From assembly GCF_035084215.1 (NCBI RefSeq), contig NW_027138796.1:434001-498000 (forward strand): 64,000 bases of DNA, given 5' to 3'. The stretch is from Heptranchias perlo (taxonomy: Eukaryota). Of this stretch, positions 45,781 to 56,165 are shown piece after piece. Positions within the stretch are counted from its first letter, which is position 1; each line of letters opens with the position of its first letter. The notes under the pieces were generated by a model, which saw only the letters and a list, made by a program, of their open reading frames with translations, did not search any database and had not been told where the DNA came from. The translations under genes were made by a program, and so were the position numbers.

Positions 45781-48700
45781 CCCCCAGACCCCATCAATCA
45801 GACCCCCAACCCCCAGACCCCATCAATCAGACCCCCAACCCCCAGACCCCATCAATCAGATCCCCAACCCCCAGACCCCATCAATCAGACCCCCAACCCC
45901 CAGACCCCATCAATCAGACCCCCAACCCCCAGACCCCATCAATCAGACCCCCAACCACCAGACCCCATCAATCAGACCCCCAACCCCCAGACCCCATCAA
46001 TCAGACCCCCAACCCCCAGACCCCATCAATCAGATCCCCAACCCCCAGACCCCATCAATCAGACCCCCAACCCCCAGACCCCATCAATCAGACCCCCAAC
46101 CACCAGACCCCATCAATCAGACCCCCAACCCCCAGACCCCATCAATCAGACCCCCAACCCCCAGACCCCATCAATCAGACCCCCAACCCCCAGACCCCAT
46201 CAATCAGACCCCCAACCCCCAGACCCCATCAATCAGACCCCCAACCCCCAGACCCCATCAATCAGACCCCCAACCCCCAGACCCCATCAATCAGACACCC
46301 AACCCCCAGACCCCATCAATCAGACCCCCAACCCCCAGACCCCATCAATCAGACCCCCAACCCCCAGACCCCATCAATCAGACCCCCAACCCCCAGACCC
46401 CATCAATCAGACCCCCAACCCCCAGACCCCATCAATCAGACCCCCAAACCCCAGACCCCATCAATCAGACCCCCAACCCCCAGACCCCATCAATCAGACC
46501 CCCAAACCCCAGACCCCATCAATCAGACCTCCAACCCCCAGACCCCATCAATCAGACCCCCAACCCCCAGACCCCATCAATCAGACCCCCAACCCCCAGA
46601 CCCCATCAATCAGACCCCCAACCCCCAGACCCCATCAATCAGACCCCCAACCCCCAGACCCCATCAATCAGACCCCCAACCCCCAGACCCCATCAATCAG
46701 ACCCCCAACCCCCAGACCCCATCAATCAGACCCCCAACCCCCAGACCCCATCAATCAGACCCCCAGACCCCATCAATCAGACCCCCAACCCCCAGACCCC
46801 ATCAATCAGACCCCCAACCCCCAGACCCCATCAATCAGACCCCCAACCCCCAGACCCCATCAATCAGACCCCCAACCCCCAGACCCCATCAATCAGACCC
46901 CCAACCCCCAGACCCCATCAATCAGACCCCCAACCCCCAGACCCCATCAATCAGACCTCCAACCCCCAGACCCCATCAATCAGACCCCCAACCCCCAGAC
47001 CCCATCAATCAGACCCCCAACCCCCAGACCCCATCAATCAGATCCCCAACCCCCAGACCCCATCAATCAGACCCCCAACCCCCAGACCCCATCAATCAGA
47101 CCCCCAACCCCCAGACCCCATCAATCAGACCCCCAACCCCCAGACCCCATCAATCACACCCCCAACCCCCAGACCCCATCAATCAGACCCCCAACCCCCA
47201 GACCCCATCAATCAGACCCCCAACCCCCAGACCCCATCAATCAGACCCCCAACCCCCAGACCCCATCAATCAGACCCCCAACCCCCAGACCCCATCAATC
47301 AGACCCCCAACCCCCAGACCCCATCAATCAGACCCCCAACCCCCAGACCCCATCAATCAGACCCCCAACCCCCAGACCCCATCAATCAGACCCCCAACCC
47401 CCAGACCCCATCAATCAGACCCCCAACCCCCAGACCCCATCAATCAGACCCCCAACCCCCAGACCCCATCAATCAGACCTCCAACCCCCAGACCCCATCA
47501 ATCAGACCCCCAACCCCCAGACCCCATCAATCAGACCCCCAACCCCCATACCCCATCAATCAGACCCCCAACCCCCAGACCCCATCAATCAGACCCCCAA
47601 CCCCCAGACCCCATCAATCAGACCCCCAACCCCCAGACCCCATCAATCAGACCCCCAACCCCCAGACCCCATCAATCAGATCCCCAACCCCCAGACCCCA
47701 TCAATCAGACCCCCAACCCCCAGACCCCATCAATCAGACCCCCAACCCCCAGACCCCATCAATCAGACCCCCAACCCCCAGACCACATCAATCAGACCCC
47801 CAACCCCCAGACCCCATCAATCAGACCCCCAACCCCCAGACCCCATCAATCAGACCCCCAACCCCCAGACCCCATCAATCAGACCCCCAAACCCCCAGAC
47901 CCCATCAATCAGACCCCCAACCCCCAGACCCCATCAATCAGACCCCCAACCCCCAGACCCCATCAATCAGACCCCCAACCCCCAGACCCCATCAATCAGA
48001 CCCCCAACCCCCAGACCCCATCAATCAGTCCCCCAACCCCCAGACCCCATCAATCAGACCCCCAACTCCCAGACCCCATCAATCAGACCCCCAACCCCCA
48101 GACCCCATCAATCAGACCCCCAACCCCCAGACCGCATCAATCAGACCCCCAACCCCCAGACCCGATCAATCAGACCCCCAACCCCCAGACCCCATCAATC
48201 AGAACCCCAACCCCCAGACCCCATCAATCAGACCCCCAACCCCCAGACCCCATCAATCAGACCCCCAACCCCCAGACCCCATCAATCAGACCCCCAAACC
48301 CCCAGACCCCATCAATCAGACCCCCAACCCCCAGACCCCATCAATCAGACCCCCAACCCCCAGACCCCATCAATCAGACCCCCAACCCCCAGACCCCATC
48401 AATCAGACCCCCAACCCCCAGACCCCATCAATCAGACCCCCAACCCCCAGACCCCATCAATCAGACCCCCAACTCCCAGACCCCATCAATGAGACCCCCA
48501 ACCCCCAGACCCCATCAATCAGACCCCCAACCCCCAGACCCCATCAATCAGACCCCCAACCCCCAGACCCCATCAATCAGACCCCCAACCCCCATACCCC
48601 ATCAATCAGACCCCCAACCCCCAGACCCCATCAATCAGACCCCCAACCCCCAGACCCCATCAATCAGACCCCCAACCCCCAGACCCCATCAATCAGACCC

Positions 48701-48786
48701 CCAACCCCCACACCCCCAACCCTCAGACCCCTAACCCCCAGACCCCATCAATCAGACCCCCAACCCTCAGACCCCATCAATCAGAC
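45781..48786. repeat. 29-bp minisatellite upstream of D (expanded)
   Basis: Same unit, about 3.0 kb or roughly 100 units. Confidence 0.95.
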
Positions 48787-49542
48787 ACCCAGCACGAGGG
48801 AAAAACTTTCTTGACATCGTCCTCACCAATCACCCTGTCGCAGATGCATCTGTTCATGACAATATTGGTAGGAGTGACCACCGCACAGTCCTCGTGGAGA
48901 CGAAGTACCGTCTTCACACTGAGGACACCATCCAACGTGTTGTGTGGCACTGTCACCGTGCTAAATGGGATAGATTCAGAACAGCTCTAGCAGCTCAAAA
49001 CTGGGCATCCATGAGGCGCTGTGGACCATCAGCAGCAGCAGAATTGTATTCCAGCACAATCTGTAACCTCATGGCCCGGCATATTCCTCACTCTACCATT
49101 ACCAACAAGCCAGGGGATCAACCCTGGTTCAATGAGGAGTGCAGAAGAGCATGCCAGGAGCAGCACCAGGCGTACCTAAAAATGAGGTGCCAACCTGGTG
49201 AAGCTGCATCTCAGGACTATATGCATGCTGAAGAGTTGAAGCAACCTGCTATAGACAGGGCTAAGCGATTCACAACCAACGGATCAGATCAAAGCTCTGC
49301 AGTCCTGCCACATCCAGTCGTGAATGGTGGTGGACAGTTAAACAGTAACGGGAGGAGGAGGCTCTGTAAACATCCCCATCCTCAATGATGGCAGAATCCA
49401 GCGCGTGAGTGCAAAAGAGAAGGCTGAAGCGTTTGCAACCATCTTCAGCCAGCAGTGCCGAGTAGATGATCCATCTCGGCCTCCTCCCGATATCGCCACC
49501 ATCACAGAAGCCAGTCTTCAGCCAATTCGATTCACTCCACGT
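48787..49542 (+). mobile_element. Same LINE fragment, co-duplicated
   Basis: Near-identical to 18468-19223. Confidence 0.75.
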
Positions 49543-49694
49543 CAATCTGACCCCTTAAATCAGATTGCCGTCAGTCAGACCCCCATCAATCAGACGCTAT
49601 CAATCAGACTCTCATCAATCCGTCCCCCATCAATCTGACCACTATCATCAGACTCCCTCAATCATACCCATCAATCTGACCCCATCAATCAGAC

Positions 49695-52600
49695 TGAGTG
49701 CAGCGGGGAAAGAGTGAGGAACTTGAGAGTTTGGTAAGTGTGGGAGTTTGGTGAAATGAGGGAAGGAGGTGCTCCTTTGCTTTGCCTTGCTTTTCCTAAC
49801 TTTTTCTGCAGAGCGGCGGCTGACCTGAGCAGCAGCAGACCAAGAGCGGGGATAACTCGGAGCGCAGCAGGAGGTGGGAGCCGACCTACGGGACTACAGG
49901 AATCGGCATCGGAGCGCAAATAAAGGTTGAGGCTCGAAGGCCTACACTCACTCGGAGCGCAGCAGGAGGCGGGAGTAGACCCAGCTGTCACAGGAGAGCA
50001 GGTAGGTGATTGGCTGCGAAGTGTTACAGCTGCTTTTTTTTCCCCTCTGAGTTATGGAATTGGGTAAAATTAAAGTAAAAGCTGGGAGCTTAAAAGAAAA
50101 CTTAAACTAGTTTATTAACGAGAGTAATAAAACTATAAATAACTGGTTTTAAGGCTTGATTTCCTTTAGTTTAGTTAATAATCTAAAAACAGAGGCATGG
50201 CAGAGCAGCTCACACGCGTCGAAGGCACGGCCTGTGCCATGTGGGAACTCCAGGACGCTTCCCGTGTCCTGGAAAACCACATGTGCAGGAAATGTTTCAG
50301 AGCTTGAGCAACACTGCAGTGCATCCGCGAGGCTGAGAGCTGCATGGATAGCACGTTTCAGGAGGTGATTACCCGCAGCTTAAGAGAGTGAAGGCAGAGA
50401 GGGACCGGCAGACAGCCAAGGAGGACCAGGCAGGTAGATCAGGAGTCTCCTGAGGGAATCTCACTCTCTAACCGGTATTCAGCTCTGAATACTGATGGGG
50501 GAGAGGGTTCCCTGGGGAGTGCAGCCAGAGCCAAGACCAGAGCACCATGTTTGGCTCAGCTGTACATTGGGGGAGGAGACAGGTTGGGAGAGCAATAGTG
50601 AAAGAGGATTCTATAGTTAGGGGGGCAGACTGGTGTTTCTGCGGCTGCAGGTGTGGTTCCAGGATGGCATGTCGCCTCCCTGGTGCCAGGGTCATGGACG
50701 TCACTGAGCGGCTGCAGAACATTCTGGGGGGGGGAGGGTGAACAGCCAGAGGTCGTGGTCCATATCGGGACCAACGGCATAGTTAGATAGAGGGATGAGG
50801 TCCTGCAGGCAGAGTTTAAGGAGTCAGGAACGAGATTAAAAAGCAGCACCTTGAATGTAGTAATCTCCGGATTACTCTCAGTCTCACGCACTGGTGAGAA
50901 TCGAAATAGGAGGATACAGCAGGTGACTGCGTGGCCTCAAAGGTAGTGCAAGAGGGAGGGCTTTAGATTCCTGGGGCATTGGGACCGGTTCTGGGGGAGG
51001 TGGGACCTGTACAAGCCGGACAGGTTGCACCTCAACAGGGCCGGGACCAATATCCTTGCGGGGAGGGTTGCTTGTGCTGTCGGAGAGGGTTTAAACTAGC
51101 TTGGCTGGGGGATGGGAACCTGAGTGTGGATTCAGATGGGGTAAAGTTGGAACTGGAAATGGAAGGCAGAAAATTAGTGAGTGAGTCTGGAAGGCAGAGG
51201 GAACGAAGGTTAGAAAATAAACAGAGGAGTTTTGCAGTCCTTAAATGTATTTATCTCAATGCAAGGAGGAGAGGAAATAAGGCGGATGAGCTGAGGGCAC
51301 AGATAGACACGTGGCAGTATGATATCTTAACTATTACAGAAACATGGCTTAAAGAGGGGCAGGACTGGCAGCTCAATGTCCCTGGTTACAGCGTTTTCAG
51401 ACATGATAGAGAGGGGGATAAAAAAGGAGGGGTGGCAATTTTGGTTAAGGAAACAGTTAAAGTTATGAGGAGGGATGATATTTTAGAAGGAGCATCAAAT
51501 GAGGCCTTATGGGTTGAGCTCAAGAACAAAAAAGGGGCAGTCATACTCTGGGAGTGTACTATAGACCCCCAAACAGTCAGAGGGAGATAGAGGAGCAAAT
51601 ATGTGGGCAAATTTCTGAGAAGTGCAAAGACAATAGGGCAGTAATAGTCGGGGATTTCAACTACCCTAATATTAACTGGGATACAAACAGCGTGAATGGT
51701 TTATAGGGTGCAGAACTCTTAAATTGCATACAGGAGAATTTTTTTAGCCAGTATATGGCAAGCCCAACGAGAGGCAGGGGCAGTTCTGGATTTAGTTCCA
51801 GGAAATGAAGATGGGCAGGTGGAAGAAGTAGCAGTGGGAGAGCACTTTGGTGGTAGTGATCATAATACAGTTAGTTTTAGCATAGTTATGGAAAAGGACA
51901 AAGACAGAGCAGGAGTTAAAGTTTTCAATTGGGGAAGGCCAATTTTACTCAACTGAGAAGTGATTTAGCAGAAGTAAACTGGAAACAGCTACTTAAAGGT
52001 AAATCCGTGTCAGAGCAATGGGAGACATTCAAAGGGGAGATTCAAGGGGTTCGGGCTAAACATGTTCCAACAAAGAAAAAGGGAGGGGCTGCCAAATCTC
52101 GAGCCCCCTGGATGTCAAGAAGCATTCAGGGTAAGATAAGGCAGAAAAAGCAAACCAATGATAGACACCGGGAACTCAATACTACGGAAAGCTCAGAGGA
52201 GTATACAAAGGGCAGGGGTGAAGTTAGAAAGGAAATTCGGAAAGCAAAGAGAGGGCATGAAATAATATTAGCAAGTAAAATCCAAAGAAAACCCAAAGAT
52301 GTTTTATCAATACATTAAGAGCAAGAGGATAACTAAGGAAAGATTAGGACCTATTAGAGACCATAAAGGTAAACTGTGTGTGGAGGCAGAAGATATGGGT
52401 ATGGTTCTCAATGAACACTTTGCATCTGAGAGAGGGATGATGCAGGGATTGAAGTTAAGGAGGAGGAGTGTGAAATATTGGATGGGATAAACATAGTGAG
52501 GGAGGAAGTATTAATGGGATTGGCATCTTTGAAAGTGGATAAATCACCAGGGCCGGATGAAATGTATCGCAGGCTGTTTAAAGAAGCCAAGGACGCTTTA

Positions 52601-54103
52601 ACAATCATTTTCCAAACTTCGCTGGATACAGGCATAGTACCGGAGGATTGGAGGACTGCTAACGTTGTATCGTTGTTTAAAAAGGGAGCGAAGGATAGAC
52701 CGAGTAATTACAGGCCAGTCAGACTAACCTCGGTGGTGGGAAAATTATTGGAATCAATTCTGAGGGACAGGGTAAACTGTCATTTAGAAAGGCACGGACT
52801 GATCAAGGACAGTCAGCACGGATTTGTTAAGGGGAGGTCATGTCTGACTAACTTGATTGAATTTTTTGAGGAGGTGACAAGGAGGATCGATGAGGGTAGC
52901 GTAATTGATGTAATCTACATGGATTTTATCAATGCTTTTGACAAGGCCCCACATGGCAGATTGGTCACAAAAGTAAAGGCCCATGGGATCCAAGGGAATA
53001 TGGCAAGTTGGATCCAAAATTGGCTCAGTGGCAGGAAGTAAAGGATAATGGTCGACGGGTGTTTATGCGACTGGAAGGCTGTTTCCAGTGGGGTGCTGCA
53101 GGGCTCAGTACTAGGTCCTTTGCTTTTTGTGGCATACATTAACGATTTGGACTTAAATGTAGGGGCATGATTAAAAAATTTGCGGATGACACAAAGATAG
53201 GCCACTTGGTTGATAGTGAGGAGGAAAGCTGTAGACTGCAGGAAAATATCAATGGACTGGTCAGATGGGCAAAAAAGTGGCAAATGGAATTCAATCCGGA
53301 GAAGTGTGGGGTAATGCATTTGTGGAGAGCAAACAAGGCAAGGGAATACACAATAAATGGGAGGATACTGAGAGGTGTAGAGGGAGTGAGGGACCTTGGA
53401 GTGCATGTCCACAGATCCCTGAAGGTAGCAGGACAGGTAGATAAGATGGTTAAAAAGGCATATGGGATACATTCCTTTATTAGCCGAGGCATAGAATATA
53501 AAAGCAGGGATGTTATGCTGGAACTGCATAAAACGCGAGTTAGGCCACAGCTTGAGTACTGCGTACAGTTCTGGTCACCACATTACAGGAAGGATGTGAT
53601 TGCACTGGAGAGGGTGCAGAGGAGATTTACGAGGATGTTGCCAGGACTGGAGAATTTTAGCTATGAGGAAAGATTGGATAGGCTGGGGTTGCTTTCCTTG
53701 AAACAGAGGAGGCTGAGGGGAGATTTAATTGAGGTGTATAAAATTATGAGGGGCTGAGATAGAGTGGATAGGAAGGACCTATTTCCCTTAGCAGAGGAGT
53801 CAGTAACCAGGGGGCATAGATTTAAAGTGATTGGTAGAAGGATTAGAGGGGAGCTGAGGAGAAATGTTTTCCCCCAGAGGGTGGTGGGTGTCTGGAACTC
53901 ACTGCCTGAGAGGGTGGGAGAGGCAGAAACCCTCAACTCATTTAATAAATACCTGGATGTGAACCTGAAGAGCCGTGACCTGCAGGGCTACGGACCAAAT
54001 GCGGGAAAGAGGGATTGGGCTGGATAGCTCGTTCCTCAGCCGGTGCGGACATGATGGGCCGAATGGCCTCCTTCTGTGCTGTAACTTTTCTATGATTTTA
54101 TGA
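49695..54103 (+). mobile_element. Degenerate full-length CR1, co-duplicated
   Basis: Same junctions; retains a short segment near 50478 that the other two lack. Confidence 0.92.
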
Positions 54104-55167
54104 CCCCCATCAATCAAACCCCTTCAATCAGACCCCACTTCTCTCAGTCCCCATCAATCAGATCCCCAACAATCAGACCCCATCAATCAGACCGGTGTGA
54201 GGACAACACAGTGTGCTGAGAGTTCGGTAAGTGTGGGAGTTGAAGGTTTAATCTCCTTAAATCTAGTGCATATTGCTTCAACTGTTTAAGATCAATTTAA
54301 AAGTTTAAATTTCTAAGTTTCTGTCAGGCTTCAGCAGAGAGCTGCTGTCGCAAGTTAATTGGTTAGCTAGATTCAATTTGGTACCTGAAGGTGGGGCAGG
54401 CCTGACTCATCTGAGTCTCAACTGTAGAAATACAGGGGCCTGTCAGTGCGGACAGCACGGTGTGAGGACAACACAGTGTGCTGAGAGTTCGGTAAGTGTG
54501 GGAGTTGAAGGGTTAATCTCTTTAAATCTAGTGCATATTGCTTCAACTGTTTAAGGTCAATTTAAAAGTTTAAATTTCTAAGTTTCTGTCAGGCTTCAGC
54601 AGAGAGCTGCTGTAGCAAGTTAATTGGTTAGCTAGATTCAATTTGGTACCTGAAGGTGGGGCAGGCCTGACTCATCTGAGTCTCAACTGTAGAAATACAG
54701 GGGCCTGTCAGTGCGGACAGCACGGTGTGAGGACAACACAGTGTGCTGAGAGTTCGGTAAGTGTGGGAGTTTGGTGAAGTGGGGGAAGGAGGTGCTGCTT
54801 TGCCTTGCTTTTCCTGCAGAGTGGTAGTGGACCTGAGAGTAGAAGACTGAGATTGTGGAATAAAAGCAGCAGCAGACCTGCACCAAGAGACCACTACTGT
54901 GCGACATCACAGGGACTTAACTCCTGGACCTAAGATAAATAAGAAGCAAAAAGTAATCCAAGTGGGACGTCACCAAGGAAGAGGTAAGTGATTGGCTGGT
55001 GAGTATTTTCCTGCTGAATTTGTCTAAGGTTAGAGTTTGTGGATTCTCTGGTCTCTGTTGTGTAGTGGGGGACTGCTGTTCAGCAAGGGCCCTTGAGTAT
55101 ACCTTTTTAATTGAAGTGAAATTGGTGGGATTCATTTAATTTGAATTAATTAGTTAAAGGGTAAGTC

Positions 55168-56118
55168 ATGTCAGGACAGCCCAGCCCCGTGTTATGCTCT
55201 TCCTGCTCCATGTGGGAAATCAGGGACCCTTCCGGTGTCCCTGACGACCATGTGTGCGGGAAATGTATCCAGCTGCAGCTACTGACAAACCGCATTGCGG
55301 CACTGGAGCTGCGGATGGATTCATTATGGAGCATTCACGATGCTGAGAACGTCGTGGATAGCACGTTTAGTGAGATGGTCACACCGCAGGTAAAGGTTGT
55401 ACAGGCAGGAAGTAATTGGGTGACCACCAGGCAGAGTAAGAAGAGCAGGCAGGCAGTGCAGGGGTCCCCTGTGGCCGTCCCCCTCTCAAACAAATATACC
55501 GCTTTGGATATTGTTGAGGGGGATGACTTATCAGGGGTAGGCAGCAGCAGCCAACTTCCTGGCACCAGGGGTAGCTCTGCTGCACAGGCTGGGAGGAAAA
55601 AGAGTGGAAGAGCTATAGTGGTAGGGGATTCTATCGTAAGGGGAACAGACAGGCGTTTCTGTGGCCGTAAACGTGACTCCAGGATGGTTTGTTGCCTCCC
55701 TGGTGCCAGGGTCATGAATGTCACTGAGCGGCTACAGGGCATTCTCAAGGGGGAGGGTGAGCAGGCAGAGGTCGTGGTCCACATTGGGACCAACGACATA
55801 GGTAGGAAGGGAGATGAGGTCCTGCATCAAGAATTTAGGGAGCTAGGTAGCAGATTAAAGGGCAGGACCTCAAAGGTTGTAATCTCTGGATTACTCCCGG
55901 TGCCACGGGCTAGTGAGTATAGAAATAGGAGGATAGAACAGATGAATGCGTGGCTAAAGAGTTGGTGCAGGAGGGAGGGTTTCAGTTTCCTGGATCACTG
56001 GGCCTGCTTCTGGGGAAGGTGGGACTTGTACAAGTCGGACGGGTTGCACCTGAACCAGAGCGGGACAAATATCCTTGCGGGGAGGTTTGCTAGCACTGTT
56101 GGGGGGGGTTTAAACTAA
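55168..56118 (+). CDS. CR1 ORF1p (zinc finger/leucine zipper plus SGNH esterase), 316 aa
   Basis: CSSC...CGKC followed by heptads; VGDSI, HIGTND and DGLHLN motifs. Confidence 0.92.
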   Translation: MSGQPSPVLCSSCSMWEIRDPSGVPDDHVCGKCIQLQLLTNRIAALELRMDSLWSIHDAENVVDSTFSEMVTPQVKVVQAGSNWVTTRQSKKSRQAVQGSPVAVPLSNKYTALDIVEGDDLSGVGSSSQLPGTRGSSAAQAGRKKSGRAIVVGDSIVRGTDRRFCGRKRDSRMVCCLPGARVMNVTERLQGILKGEGEQAEVVVHIGTNDIGRKGDEVLHQEFRELGSRLKGRTSKVVISGLLPVPRASEYRNRRIEQMNAWLKSWCRREGFSFLDHWACFWGRWDLYKSDGLHLNQSGTNILAGRFASTVGGGLN

Positions 56119-56165
56119 CTTGGCAGGGGGATGGGATACAGAGTGGAGCTACAATAGGGGGTGAT

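Noticed and set aside
45689-48814. 1041- and 1012-aa Pro-rich ORFs (also 5523-7442, 17485-18495, 31616-32662)
   Set aside because: They translate a stop-free 29-bp repeat that is open in several frames, with frame-breaking indels between copies and non-ATG starts.
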